From NCBI GenBank assembly GCA_036785375.1, contig JAWMAR010001015.1, forward strand, positions 248,001 through 312,000: DNA of 64,000 bases. Direction: 5' to 3'. Source of the stretch: Leucoraja ocellata. Lineage: Eukaryota. The notes below the pieces were generated by a model. The model ran no database searches, had not been told where the DNA came from, and saw nothing but the letters and a program-made list of their open reading frames with translations. The position numbers were made by a program, and so were the translations under genes. Below are positions 1 to 13,197 of the stretch, piece by piece (position 1 is the first letter of the stretch; every line of letters begins with the position of its first letter).

Positions 1-230
1 CTTTGACCATTGGACATTGTGACATCACATGATGGAACGTTCAGCGGGTGCTGGTGCTCCTGCAAAGGCATATGTAAATGATTCCATTGGGCATTGTGAT
101 GGAACGTTCCCCAGGGGCTGATTCTATGGGTGAGATGCCAGTTTTTTTTTTTTAAATATTGGGAGGGGGGGGGGGGGGGGGTGGAGAAGGATTTGATTAA
201 AAATGTCTACATAAATATGACAAAATCAGT
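1..230. repeat. Unclassified interspersed element with internal repeats (partial copy)
   Basis: The motif cattgggcattgtgacatcacacgatggaacgttca and the following gaaggatttgattaaaaa segment recur at ~1920-2437; the motif also appears at ~784. Confidence 0.6.
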
Positions 231-242
231 CTGGTGAACCTT

Positions 243-740
243 AACCCTATAACCATATAACAATTACAGCACGGAAACAGGCCATCTCGACCCTTCTAGT
301 CCGTGCCGAACACGTATTCTCCCCTAGTCCCATATACCTGCGCTCAGACCATAACCTTCCATTCCTTTCCCGTCCATATAACTATCCAATTTATTTTTAA
401 ATTATAAAAACGAACCTGCCTCCACCACCTTCACTGGAAGCTCATTCCACACAGCTACCACTCTCTGAGTAAAGAAGTTCCCCCTCATGTTACCCCTAAA
501 CTTCTGTCCCATAATTCTCAAGTCATGTCCCCTTGTTTGCATCTTCCCTCCTCTCAGTGGGAAAAGCTTATCCACGTCAACTCTGTCTATCCCTCTCATC
601 ATTTTAAAGACCTCTATCAAGTCCCCCCTTAACATTCTGCGCTCCAAAGAATAAAGCCCTAACTAGTTCAAGCTTTCTCTGTAACTTAGTTGATGAAACC
701 CTGGCATCATTCTAGTAAATCTCCTCTGTACTCTCTCCAT
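243..740 (-). mobile_element. CR1 LINE 3' fragment (young family with ATATGGTT tail)
   Basis: ORF2 C-terminus RGDLIEVFK..TRGH..FFTQRVV..WNELP, an octamer tail, and an 11-bp TSD tggtgaacctt (232-242, 741-751). Confidence 0.9.
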
Positions 741-849
741 TGGTGAACCTTCTCTGTACTCCCTCTATGGCAACAATGCCTTTGAGCATTGGGCATTGTG
801 ACATCTGTTTCCCCAACGGCGTTTGCGAACGGCGTTTGCGGGGGGGTGA

Positions 850-1486
850 GAAGAGGGGAGGGAGGAGGAGGAAACAAGATAGATTTGGGAGGGAAAGGAG
901 AGCGGGGTAGGGGGTGAGGGATGGGGAGAGAGCTTTGGGGGAGGGGGGATGGGGAGGGAGGGGAGGAGGGAGGGATGGGGAGAGGGGTGGAGGGAAAGAG
1001 GGGAAAGAGTGGGGAGGGAGGAGGAGAGGGGTAGCGGGAGTGATGGAAGAGGGACAGAGGGATAGGGGAAGGGTGTGGGGGGAGATAGGGAAGGGGGTGG
1101 GGTAGAGAGGGATGGGAGAGGGGTGAGGAGAGGGGAGGAGAGAGTGGGAGAGAAGTGGAAAAGTGGGGAGGGAGGGAGGGGTAGAGGGGTAGCGGGAGTG
1201 GTAGAAGAGGGACGGGGAGTGGTGGATGAGGGACAGAGGGGTAGGGGAAGGGGTGGGAAGAGAGGGGAAGGGAGGGGAAGAGAGATGGGTGGGGGTGGGA
1301 GAGGCGTGGGGTAAGGGGGTAAAAGTGGAAGAGTGGGGAGGGATGGGTAGGGGGAGTGGTGAAAGAGGGACAGAGGTGTAGGGGGAAGAGTGTGGTGGTA
1401 GAGAGGGAAGGGGGTGGTGGTAGAGAGGGAAGGGGGGTGGGGGAGAGAGAGATGGGTGGCAGAGGGAGAGGGGTGAGGAGAGGGAC
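850..1486. repeat. Polypurine (G/A-rich) low-complexity tract
   Basis: Almost pure G/A on the + strand, with imperfect internal repeats. Confidence 0.9.
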
Positions 1487-1830
1487 ACATAGAAACATAG
1501 AAATTAAGTGCAGGAATAGGCCATTCGGCCCTTCGAGCCTGCAACACCATTCAATATGATCATGGCTGATCATCCAGCTCAGTATCCTGTACCTGCCTTC
1601 TCTCCATACCCCCTGATCCCTTTAGCCACAAGGGCCACATCTAACTCCCTCTTAAATATAGCCAATGAACTGGCCTCAACTACCTTCTGTGGCAGAGAGT
1701 TCCAGAGACTCACCACTATCTGTGTGAAAAATGTTTTCCTCATCTCAGTACTAAAGGATTTCCCCTTTATCCTTAAACTGTGTCCCGCTTGTCCAAGACT
1801 TCCCCAACATCTAGAACAATCTTCCTGCAT
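1487..1830 (-). mobile_element. CR1 LINE 3' fragment (CTATGTTT tail)
   Basis: GHSLRIKG..FFTQ..LWNSLPQ..FKRELD plus an acatagaaacatagaaa tail. Confidence 0.85.
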
Positions 1831-1904
1831 CAGACAAATGCAATTCAGGACTTTTCACTTCACAAGCAAAATCAGAATGACAATTAGTGAAGAATTTGAA
1901 TAAT

Positions 1905-2437
1905 CGCTGAGTGTTCTCTATGGCAACAATGTATTTGAGCATTGGGCATTAGGACATCACACGATGGAACGTTCACCAGGGGCTGGGCTCCTGCAAAGGC
2001 ATATGTAAATGAATCCATTCCGATTGGCCATCTGTGAGCATTGGGCATTGTGACATCACACGATGGAACATTCACCAGGGGGCTGGGGCTGGGGCTGGGG
2101 CTGCTTTTATGGGTTAGAAGCCTGTTTATTTTTGAAATATTGAGGTGGTGGGGGGGTGAAGGATTTGATTAAAAAAGTGTACTTAAACACGACGAAATGT
2201 AATGAGGAGCGGATACTTAGAAAGAAAAGCGAAATCTCTACCGAAATGGAAAAGACGTCGGCGATTCTGCGTCCGGTTTCGGAGTTGCGGAGAATCAAAG
2301 GAAGAAACGCGGCCGGAAGCCGTACATGCAAATGGATCCATTCCGATTGGACGTCCGCGAGCATTGGGCATTGTGACATCGCACGGCGGGAACGAATCGA
2401 AAGGCTGGAAGGGATCCGTACTGCAGGTGGACGGATG
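1905..2437. repeat. Unclassified interspersed element with internal repeats (runs into gap)
   Basis: Three copies of gagcattgggcatt(g/a)..gacatc.cacg..ggaac at ~1937, ~2036 and ~2359; homologous to 1-230. Confidence 0.6.
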
Positions 2438-2768
2438 NNNNNNNNNNNNNNNNNNNNNNNNNNNNNNNNNNNNNNNNNNNNNNNNNNNNNNNNNNNNNNN
2501 NNNNNNNNNNNNNNNNNNNNNNNNNNNNNNNNNNNNNNNNNNNNNNNNNNNNNNNNNNNNNNNNNNNNNNNNNNNNNNNNNNNNNNNNNNNNNNNNNNNN
2601 NNNNNNNNNNNAGANNNNNNNNNNNNNNNNNNNNNNNNNNNNNNNNNNNNNNNNNNNNNNNNNNNNNNNNNNNNNNNNNNNNNNNNNNNNNNNNNNNNNN
2701 NNNNNNNNNNNNNNNNNNNNNNNNNNNNNNNNNNNNNNNNNNNNNNNNNNNNNNNNNNNNNNNNNNNN
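2438..2768. other. Assembly gap
   Basis: Run of N with 3 called bases inside. Confidence 0.99.
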
Positions 2769-2898
2769 CAACCTTCACATGGTCCACCTGCTGTTTCGAC
2801 TAATGCAATCAACCCGACATGCACAAACAAATAGGTCGAATAGAATAAGTTGACCTACAACTTTAGGCTGTGGACGCCATACGCAAGAAGAAGAAGAA
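2769..2898 (+). mobile_element. Possible non-LTR retroelement 3' end with (GAA)n tail
   Basis: Ends in gccatacgcaagaagaagaagaa. The 5' part is hidden in the gap and the family is not determined. Confidence 0.35.
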
Positions 2899-3109
2899 TT
2901 TTAATATCAATTTCTCTTTACTTCTGTCGCTCTAGATGTGAACCTTTATCAATTTTCATCCGAGGACAGTAATTGGTAAATAAGGACGATGAAACTGTTC
3001 AGATTTTATCCATCACTAGTTACTTGTTGGCTCTTGCTAACCACATGATATATACATTATGAAAGAGGGATGTAGAAAAATAAAATTAGTTTTTGATGAC
3101 GTTTTTATT

Positions 3110-4182
3110 AGAGAGGGAGCGTTAGAGAGGGAGGCAACAGGCTTGGAGGAGTGGAGAGGAGAGAAAAGGGGGGAGAGAAGATGAGGGAGTAAGTGAGGGG
3201 CAGGGGAGGAGAGGAGAGAGTAGAGGTGAGGAGTGCGGAAGAGGGGAGAGGAGCGGAGAGGAGGGTAGAGGAGTGGGGTTGAGTGGAGAGTAGAAGAGAG
3301 GAGAGGGTACGGGAGGGGAGGAGGAGAGCATGTGTGGAGAGGAGAGAGGAGGGAAGTCGAGGGGAGGAGAGGAGGAGAAGGGATGAGAGGTGAGGGGAGG
3401 ATAGGAGAGGAGATGGGAGGAGAGGAGAGGGGAAGGGAGGAGAGATGAGGAGAGAAGAGGGGAGGAGGGAAGAGAGGAGAGGAAAGTAAAGGAGAGGAGA
3501 AGCGAGAACAAGGGGGAGGCACGAGAGGAGAGGAGTGAGGGGAGAGTGGCAGGGGATGGATGAGGATATAGGAGGGGAGAGGAGGTGAAGATAGGGGAAT
3601 GGAGGAGAGAGGAGAGCAGAACGGAGATGCGAGGGGAGAGGGGATATAGGAGAGGAGATGAGAGGGGAGGAGAGGGGAGGGGAGGGCAGGAGAGGAGAGA
3701 ACAGATGCAAAGAGAGGAGAAGAGAATAGACAGAAGCAGTGGAGGGGGGAGGGGGGGAGCGGAGAGGAGAGGATGGAAAAGCAGGGGGAATGGGAGGGGA
3801 GGGGAGGATAGGATAGTAGAGGTGAGGGGAGAAGGGAGGCATAGAGGAGAGTGAAGGAGGGAAGAGGAGGGGTGAGGAGTGAGGAGAGGAGAGCGAAAGA
3901 GATAGGAGAGGAGGAACGAGGAGAGGAGATGAGATGAGAGAGGAGGGAAGGCGAGGAGAGGGGAGGGGAGGTGATGGGAGGGGAGTGGAGGAGAGGTGAA
4001 GGGAGAGGAGAGGAGAGAAGAGGAGAGGAGGGGATGAGAGGGGAGGAGAGGAGAGGAGAGGGCCGAGGAGAGGAGAGCAGGTGAGGGTAAGAGGAGAGGA
4101 TAGAAGAGGGGTAGGGAGGAGAGGGGATGGGAGATGAGGCTATACGGGGAATAGTTGAGGGGAGGAGATAGGAGCAGAGAAT
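3110..4182. repeat. Polypurine (GGAGA-type) low-complexity tract
   Basis: Degenerate (GGAGA)n on the + strand. Confidence 0.9.
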
Positions 4183-4339
4183 NNNNNNNNNNNNNNNNNN
4201 NNNNNNNNNNNNNNNNNNNNNNNNNNNNNNNNNNNNNNNNNNNNNNNNNNNNNNNNNNNNNNNNNNNNNNNNNNNNNNNNNNNNNNNNNNNNNNNNNNNN
4301 NNNNNNNNNNNNNNNNNNNNNNNNNNNNNNNNNNNNNNN
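4183..4339. other. Assembly gap
   Basis: Run of N. Confidence 0.99.
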
Positions 4340-4366
4340 AGGAGGGGAGGTGCGGGACGGTATGAG

Positions 4367-5381
4367 TGTAAGTTATTGGGGCAAATCCTCCAAAATTATG
4401 GAAGAACTCGGATAAGGACATGGACATTTTTAAATCAGATTTGCTGGCTGCAACGGAAACCCCCCCAATCCACAAAGAAAGAATCAGTTTCAAACCTGTC
4501 TGTGGGCCTGGGCATTACACGACTGTGCGAATGGTGTGAGCAGGAAAGGCTGAGATGGAGATAACGAGATTATCTTGGAAACACATAGGAAGGTACCGTG
4601 CCTCAGCAGACGGTGGTAAACAGGCCAGCAGGAAGCACAATCACCATCGTGGATGACCCATCCATCGGGACAATGGGAGCCCATCTAGGCGATGGGATAA
4701 TGATCAGGCTGAGGGATCATGACATCAGCAAACTCCTTATCATCGGAAGCCTATTGTTCATGCCAGATCGAAACTGGGAATCATCAAAAGACCCTTTTGT
4801 CCAGAGGACCACCTGGGGGGTTTCAATGGAGAAACTCAGGTATAAAAAGCAGGAGTCAAGCCAGAACTCACTCTCTTTCTGCTCTGCTAGACGGCTCGTG
4901 AACCTGCATCAATCGAGCTGTAAGTACCCCAGTGACCTGGTGACATTCCCGAAATAGGCTAGAGGTTGAGAGAAGAAGGGGAAAGGGGTTTATTTGCAAG
5001 TAAAATTGTGTAAAATAAGTTTTACGACGTGCCCGATAGTTTTCCTTCCATAGTCTTAGTTTGAAGCATAAGTTTAGCCACGTATTATGTAGTGTTGGTG
5101 AGATTCGATTTCTCATTGTTTAATAAAGCCTGTACATTTTAGACTTGCTTTGAGTCCATCTTGGTTTCTGTTTTCCCTCATCAGCACACTCTGGTCAAGC
5201 CAACCTTTTATCATATCCCACCATATTTCCGAGGTCTAGAACCCAGGGGAATCCCTTTTGTTGTATTCTCTCTCTTGGGAACCGCTCGAGTGGAGTGGTG
5301 GCCATTTGACCCCCCGACAAGGGAGAGAATAACTCGGGCAGTTGGGCCCGAAGTGGAGTAAAGGGAAATGAAACCCCTACA
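4367..5381 (+). mobile_element. Solo LTR (ERV- or Gypsy-type)
   Basis: 1015 bp with termini TGTAAG...CCTACA, a 4-bp TSD TGAG (4363-4366, 5382-5385), TATAAAA at 4841 and AATAAA at 5122. It interrupts the GA tract. Confidence 0.82.
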
Positions 5382-5385
5382 TGAG

Positions 5386-7015
5386 AGAGGAGGGAAGGAC
5401 AGGACGGGAAATGTAAGAAGAGGAGATGAGGGGAAGGGAAGGGGGATGGAGGATGAGAAAGTAGGATAGGAGATGGGTGTAGAGGCTAGAGGAGCAGAGG
5501 AGTGGTGAGGAGAGTAGGATCATAGGGACAGGAGAGGAGAGGGGAATGTTGATGAGGGGAGGAGGGTATAGGGGTGAGGGGAGAGGGGAGAGGGGAGAGG
5601 GGAGAGGGGAGGAGAGGAGACAAATCTCACCACCATATTATAATTATCGAGCTGTATTTGAGGGGAGGGAAGAGAGGGAGGGATGGAGATATGAGGGGAG
5701 GAAAGGGAAGGCGTTATGAGGGGATAGTAGAGGGGAGGAGAGGAGTGGAGAGGTGAGGAGGGGGGAGGAGTAGTGGAGAGGAGGAGAGGAGGGGAGAGGA
5801 TAGGGGTAGAGAGGAGAGGAGGGGAGGCGGGGAGCGGAGGGGAGAGACAAGGGTAGAGAAGAGTGGAGGGGAGGGTTAAGGCTAGTGGAGAAGAGAGGAG
5901 AGGGAAGCGGAGGAGAGGAGAGATGAGGGGTAGTGAAGAGGAAGGGGGGGAGTGTGAAGGGAGGAGGAGAGGGGACAGGAGGAGAGGAGAGGACAAAAGA
6001 CAATAGACAATGGGAGTGGGGGGGGGAGAGGAGGGAGAAAGGAGGGGAGGGAGAGGACAGGAGAGAAGAGAGGAGAGGGGAGAAACGAGAGGGGAGGGGA
6101 GCACAGAAGTAGGAAGTAGATGAGGAGAGGAGGGGAGAGGTGAGAAGAGGGGAGGAGAGGAAATGACGGGAGAGGAGAGGAGAGAAGAGGGGGAGGGATG
6201 AGGGGAGAGGAGCTTCGAGGGGAGAGGTAAGGAAGGGAGGTGGAGGGAATGAGAGTAGAAAACCTCTCAACACCATATCACAATGATCTTTTGTGATGAA
6301 TGGGAGAGGAGAGGGGAAGAGGGGAGGGGAGGAGAAGAGAGGGGATGGGATTGTAGATGGGAGGATAGAGGAGAAAAGGAGATGTGGGTAGTAGATGTGG
6401 TGAGGGGGGAAATGGGGTGGAGAGGAGAGGAGGGGGGAGGGAGAAGAGAGGAGAGGAGATGGGAGGAGGGTAGGTGTGAAAGGGGAAGGAGATGGGAGGG
6501 GAGGGTGAGGGCAGGGGAGGTGAGGAGGGAGGGGTGATGGTAGAGGAGAGGGAGGGTGGGGAGGGAGGGGAGGGGAGAGGGAGGGAGGGAGTGGAGAGGG
6601 ACAGGTGCAGAGGGAGGGAGGGGAGGTGAGAGGGAGAGGGAGCAGGGCAGGATTATCACTCCCATCTCTACGTTTCAATTTTCTTTTGCGCTGATCTGGA
6701 ATAAACGCATCCTGATCTGATCACAAAATCATTTGGCGTCCAGGAAATCAACTTGTCTCTGATGCACATCCTCCATTTTATTCCCAGCTAGAGAGAAGAG
6801 GATGGTGAGAGAGGAAGAGGGTAGAGAGAGGGGCAGAGAGATAGGGGAAGAGAGAGGGGGGAGAGGAGAGAGAGGGGAGAGTGGAGAGAGAGGGGAGAGT
6901 GAGATGGGAGAGAGAGAGGGGGAGAGAGAGGGGAGAGTGGAGCGAGAGGGGTAGAGAGAGAGAAGGGGGAGAGAGAGGGGACGAGAGAGAGGGGGGTGAG
7001 AAAGAAGGGGGAGAG
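5386..7015. repeat. Polypurine low-complexity tract with short unique islands
   Basis: G/A-rich on the + strand. The part after 5620 is paralogous to 22209-23780. Confidence 0.9.
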
Positions 7016-7019
7016 AGTT

Positions 7020-7780
7020 GTCGGGACTCGAGGGGTCTGAGCTACAGGGAGAGGTTGGGACAGTAAGCGACTCTATTCCTTGGAGGACAGGAGAATGAGG
7101 GGTGATCTTATGGAGGTGTACAATCATGAGGGGAATAGATCAGGCAGACGCACAGAATCTCTTGCCCAGAGCTGGGGAATGGAGAAACAGAGGGCACGGG
7201 TTTAAGGTGGGAGAGGAGGTGAACGATGAAAGATTTAATAGGAACCTGAGGGGTAACTTTTCCACACAGAGAGTGCTGGGTGCATGGAATGAGCTTCCGG
7301 AGGATGTAATTGAGGCAGGTAGTATCACATTTGGACAGGTACATTGACAGGGCAGGTTTGGAGGGATATGGACCAAATGCAGGCAGGTGGTACTAGTGTA
7401 GATGTGACATGTTGGCCGATGTGGGCAAGTTGGGCCGAAGGGCCTGTTTCCACGCTGTATTATTCCAGGGAAGAAACTGTCCCTGAATCTGGCGGTGTGC
7501 GTTTTAACACTTTTGTACCTCTTGCCCGATGGGAGACAGGACAAGAGGGAGTGACTGGGCTGAGACTGGTCCTTGATTATGCTGCTGGTTTTTCCGAGGC
7601 AGTGTGAGGTGTAGATGGAGTTGATGGAAGTGAGGTTGGTTTGTGTTGGATGGTCGGTACTGCATCCACAACTCTGTGATTTCTTGCGGCTCTTTGGATG
7701 GAACTGTTCCCAAACCGTGCTGTGATCCATCCCGATAAGATGCATTCCACGGCGCATCTGTAGAAGTTGGTGAGAGCTGT
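7020..7780. mobile_element. Old CR1 3' fragment (+) followed by Rex1/Babar-like fragment (-); paralog at ~23785-24543
   Basis: IMRGID..RGHGFKV..FSTQRV.GAWNELP on +; SIIKDQSQPSHSLLSCLPSGKRYKS..RFRDSFFP on -. Confidence 0.75.
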
Positions 7781-7781
7781 A

Positions 7782-8085
7782 GGGACAGCATGGCGGCGCA
7801 GCGGTAGAGTTACTGCCTCTCAGCACATGAGACCTGGGTTTGATCCTGACTACAGGTGCTGTCTGTACGGAGTTTGCATGTTCTTCCCGTGACCTGCGTC
7901 AATTTTCTCCGGGTGTTCCGGAACTCTCCCACACTCCAAAGACGTTAATTGGCTTCGGTAAAATTAGTAAATTGTCCCTAGTGTGTGTAGAATAGTGTTG
8001 GTGTTAGTCGCTGTTTGATGCGGACTCAGTGGGACGAAGGGCCTGTTTCTGTGCTGTGCTGTGCTCTAAACTAAACTAAATTAAA
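7782..8085 (+). mobile_element. tRNA-derived V-SINE (HE1-like)
   Basis: A box ggcgcagcggtag, B box ggtttgatcct, V-domain ggagtttgcatgttc..ctccgggtg.tccgg..ctcccacactccaaagac, and a CR1-like tail with (ctaaa)n. Confidence 0.85.
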
Positions 8086-8967
8086 CCTCCTCTGGACCCT
8101 CTCCAATGCCACCACATCCTTCCTCAGATATGGGGCCAAAACTGCTCACAATACTCCAAATGCAGGTTCTCCATTCACTAACACAACCCTCCGGTAACAT
8201 AAAGATATTCTTACTTGATAAGAATTTTTATCTCAGGGAATATAAAACAAAATTAAAATTAATAAAGCAGACCCTTAATTTTGTGGACAACACTCCCACC
8301 CAGTGGTGTAACGCCGCAATGACAGCTCCAGTTATTTTGTTGTCACCTTGATATTCGCTTGACATCTGTATTTGGAAATCAGGACATTCTATGAATAAAA
8401 TTGGTTTTGAAATCTAAAGCTAGTTTTTTTTTGTGGATAAGCAGGCGGTGCATTGCTGTGATGACGAACCTTTATGAATTGTGGACCCAGAGGTGACTTA
8501 ATGAGTTTATTAAGTTCTTGGAGTGGATTCTTGATGGAGGGATGGGGCGAGAAAAGAGGAGAAAGAGATCTCTCTCCCCTCAGTCACTCCTCTTTTTCCT
8601 GCCCTTATTCACTCCTCTACTTCACTACATTCACTCCCTTCCTCCACTCATTCACTCCATCCCCACCCTCTCTGAGATTTTCTCCCTCCCTAATCATTCT
8701 CTCCCTCATTCATTCCCTCCCTTCTCTCATTCACACCTACCCCTCCCACCTCCCTCTCCCCCCTTATTCTCTCCCTCACTCGCTCAGTCACACACTTTCT
8801 TTCACCCTTCAGCCCACATTCCCCTCCCTCTATCCCATCTTCCCCAATACCATTCCCTCTCCCTCTCCTGCTCTCCTTCTCTCTCTCTCTTTTTTTCTTT
8901 TCAAAGACTTTATTCAACACATCAAATAATACAACAGATCAAAACATAATCAGAAATTACACTATAT

Positions 8968-11900
8968 ATACCTTAGGTGGCTTTTTTGTAATTTATCGCT
9001 TTTTTGATAAATTACATTCAATTTTTTTGTTTATTCACAATTATGTGTTGTATGACTCAATCATTTTTATGTACACTTTATTTTATGTTTTTCTCTTTCC
9101 CTTAATTATGTTTAATAGTGCCAGGAGATGTAGAACTACTGTAGAAATTATGAAGGACAACTCTGGATTCGGGATTCTGAGGTACTTGGCTGCATCACAT
9201 GAATCATACAGTCTGGTAATAATAGCCAATGCAAGATAATAGTCGAATAAATATCGGAGGTCTCACCTTCTGTAGTTGGAACATCAGAGGTGCGAATGAG
9301 CCAATTAAAAGAGGTAAAATTCTGGCACAATTAAAATCATTAAATATGGATATTGCTTTCCTACAAGAGACACATTTGAAACAACAAACTCAGATCAGAT
9401 TAAGGGCAAATTGGATAGGTCAAACCTATTACTCCTCATTCACCTCTAAAGCAAGAGGCACGGCCATTATCATTCGGAAGGGCATACCTTTTAAATTAAA
9501 GAATTCCATATCTGATAAAGAGGGAAGATATGTTATAGTCACGGGAGAAATTTACAGTACACCATTAACTATGATAAATATTTACGCGCCTAATTTTGAT
9601 AACCCACAATTTTTTAGGAAAATAATAGATTTAATCGCAGAGCATAATTTTCAAAATATAATAATGGGGGAGATTTCAACTGTGTTATAGACCCATACTT
9701 AGATAAATCAATAAAGCTAGGGAAGCGTCTTGTTAAAACTAAGACCTGTGAATTTTTAAATACTTATATAAAAAATAATAACATAGCTGATGTTTGGAGA
9801 ATAGCAAATCCAAGTGGTAGGGAATACTCATTTTATTCATCAGTTCACAAAACTTATTCGCGAATTGACTATTTCTTATTGGACACAAAATTGATCCCGT
9901 ATACGAATAAACCATCATATCATAATAGTATTATTTCTGATCACTCACCATTGACTTTTATACTTAAAATTGAGGGAATGCCGAGTATAAAACCTTTTTG
10001 GAGGTTCAATGCACACATATTAAATAACCCGCAGGGTTATGAGTATATAAAAGAACAAACAAAACTTTTTTTCGAAATAAATGACACACCGGGTATTCCT
10101 GCACCGCTATTATGGGAAACCTTCAAGGCATATATTCGCGGTGTCATAATCTCTTACCAAAGTTTTAAAAATAAGGAAAATAAAAGAGAACTTCAGCGGA
10201 TAGAACAGAAAATAAAATTACTAGAACTGGACAATGCAACTGACCCAACCATAAATAAACATAATAAGATAACTTTATTGAAATATAAAGTCAATAGAAT
10301 ACTATCGGCTAGAGAAATAAGATTATTCCAAATTACAAAACAAGCACACTTCAAATTTGGGGATAAGCCACATAAACTACTTGCGAGGCAACTGAAGCAA
10401 CGAGAAAAGGAAAAAACTATTACTAAAATTAAATTGGATAGGGGTGAGTTTCTAACATTGCCTAAGGATATTATTAAGAGGTTTGCCCAATTTTATCATA
10501 ATTTATATACATCTAAAATAAAGACAGATGTAAGTAAAATTACAAATTTTTTAGATAATTGCAAGCTCCCAAAATTGGATAGTTTAGAACAAGAGCAATT
10601 AGGAGCACGGATTACTAGTGAAGAAATAAAACAAATAATAAACTCACTGAAAAATGGGAAGAACCCAGGACCAGACGGTTTTAGTAATGAAATTTACAAA
10701 AGATTTCAGGAGTCAATCGTACCAAGATTACTCAATTTATATATGCAGGCTTATACTGAAAATAAACTACCAGAAACCCGAGCAGAAGCAACAATAACGC
10801 TTATACCAAAAAAAGATAAAGATTTAGATGAACCGGGTTCTTATAGAGCTATTTCACTTCTAAATACGGATCAGAAAATTTTAGCAAAGATTCTAGCTAG
10901 AAGGCTAAATAATTATATTAACAATTTAATAAATACAGATCAAACGGGATTTATACCCAAAAGACAATCATTTAATAATTTGAGAAGGCTTTTTAATATA
11001 ATGTACTCTCATAATGAGGACAATGAAGATATTTCAGTTGGCACGTTGGATGCAGAGAAGGCATTTGATCAAGTAGAATGGCAGTATTTATACAAGGTAC
11101 TCCAAAAATTTAATATGGGAGAGAATTTTATTAGATGGATTAAACTACTTTATGATAGACCTACGGCAAGAATATTAACTAACAATACGCTATCTCCAAA
11201 ATTTTACTTATCAAGGGGTAATAGGCAAGGGTGTGCCTTATCACCATTGCTATTTGCCCTTATGATAGAACCGCTGGCCGAAAGGATTAGAAATCACCCG
11301 AATATTCACGGATATAACAGCAAGGACTCAAAGAATAAAATTTCATTATATGCTGATGATATCCTTTTATATATTACTAATACACAAACGAGTATACCCA
11401 CCTTATTAACACTAATTGAGCAATTCGGCTCTTTTTCAGGATATAGAATAAATTGGAATAAAAGCGAAATTATGTCTTTAAAACCACAGGATTCGAGACA
11501 CTTACTAAATTTCCCCTTCAAAATTGCAACAGAAAAATTCAAGTATCTGGGTATTCAAATTACGAGAAGACACAAATCATTATTTAGTGCCAATTTTATA
11601 CCACTATTAAATAAACTGAATGATACGATTAAATTTTGGAAAACGCTTCCGCTCTCATTGATAGTAGAAGTAACGCTATAAAAATGACTTTCTTACCACA
11701 ATTAATATATTTGTTTCAAGCGATCCCAATATATATTCCAAAATATTTTTAAAAAAAACTAGATTCCACTATCACTAATTTTATATGGGACTTCAGAACA
11801 CATAGAATTCAACGAAAGCATCTGTGCAAATCTAAAGAAGTTGGGGGTTTATCATTACCTAACTTTATGTATTACTACTGGGCAGTGCATATTAAGAACA

Positions 11901-13181
11901 TAATGTACTGGCTGGATAGTTCCACTCAGCAGTTGGAGTGGATAAGAATGGAGAAAGAGGAGTGCTATCCGCACGATATAGGAACGATCCTGCTCTCACC
12001 GATAAAATTGAATAGTATAATATATAAGAAGAACCTAATTATTCACAATATAATAAGAATTTGGAAACAAATAAAAGTATCCTTGAAATTAAATAATTTA
12101 TCAGTACTAACCCCACTATTGAACAACCCTGCATTCAAACCTTCTCTCATCGACAACACATATCAACAATGGGATAGACTGGGGATTAGGAAAGTAGGGG
12201 ATATGTATGAAGTGGGCAAACTGTTATCATTTCAACAATTAAAATTAAAATTTAAATTGAAGGATAATCAATATTTTAAATATATACAGGTATGTGACTT
12301 TATGAAGAAATATACACATAGATTTCAAACTATATTTTTAGATCCTTTAGAAGAAGCAATGAATATTAAGGCTGATTCACAAAAATTAATATCACACTTT
12401 TATAATAATATATTAAATAGAGAATCACCCTCAACAGAAAGATTAAGGGAAGATTGGGAACATGAGCTAATGATAAAGGTCTCGAAGGATAGATGGGAAA
12501 AGTATTTGATGAATACACATAACTGTTCTATTAATGCAAGACATAATTTAATTCAAATTATTACATAGACTATATTATTCAAAAACGAGGTTGAATAAAT
12601 TTTATCCAAACGTCTCTCCCAGATGCGATAAATGTTTGTTTCAAAACGCTAATATAACACATTCATTTGTAGGATGTACAAAGTTGAATAAATTTTGGAG
12701 TGATATATTTGATATATTTACAAAGCTTTTCAAGTCAAGAATAGAACCCAAAACGGAATGGATTATATTTGGAATAATAGGAGAAGATACCAATTTAAAT
12801 AAAGATCAAAATGTTTTTTTTAATTATGGGTTAATAATTGGAAAGAAATTGATACTTAAATTTTGGAAAAATACAACCATACCAACTGTTAAAATGTGGA
12901 TTAGGAATATGATGGACATAGCACGCCTTGAAGAAATGAGACTCCGACTAATAGATAAATATGACCAATTTTTTCTACTCTCTACCATCTATTTTTCCAC
13001 TTTTTCCTCTTTCTATTGTTTTCTTTTTCTTGTCTTGCTTACTTCCTTCTCATAATATAAAACTAGAGGTTGTACATAGAATGGATTACGGTATTACATA
13101 GTTGGCACCTAAAATTATGTTCCACTGTACTGTTTTGTGCTGTATTAACTTCTAATAAAATAAACAAAAACAAAAAAAAAA
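8968..13181 (+). mobile_element. 5'-truncated L1 LINE (ORF2 frameshifted), private to copy A
   Basis: APE endonuclease (SWNIRG, LQETH, SDH), RT (GNRQGCALSP, YADD) and C-terminal CxxC..H..C, followed by AATAAA and an A-rich tail. 16-bp TSD agaaattacactatat (8952-8967, 13182-13197). Confidence 0.95.
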
Positions 13182-13197
13182 AGAAATTACACTATAT

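Noticed and set aside
770-805. RFX X-box-like ctatggcaac forming an MHC-type SXY module
   Set aside because: The sequence reads as CR1 coding remnant (VAIEGVQRRFT) on the minus strand, and the motif order and spacing do not match SXY.
3110-7015. G-rich tracts as immunoglobulin class-switch regions
   Set aside because: They lie 3' of the TM exons, are G-rich on the template rather than the non-template strand of the Ig gene, and lack AGCT repeats. Canonical S regions are not known in cartilaginous fish.
707-7127. Long Pro/Ser/Leu-rich and Gly/Glu/Arg-rich ORFs (also at 18233-18836, 21986-23890 and 51761-52294)
   Set aside because: They are artefacts of purine or pyrimidine low-complexity tracts that lack stop codons in several frames at once.
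7782-7860. tRNA gene
   Set aside because: The A and B boxes belong to the head of a V-SINE that continues into the V-domain and a LINE-derived tail.
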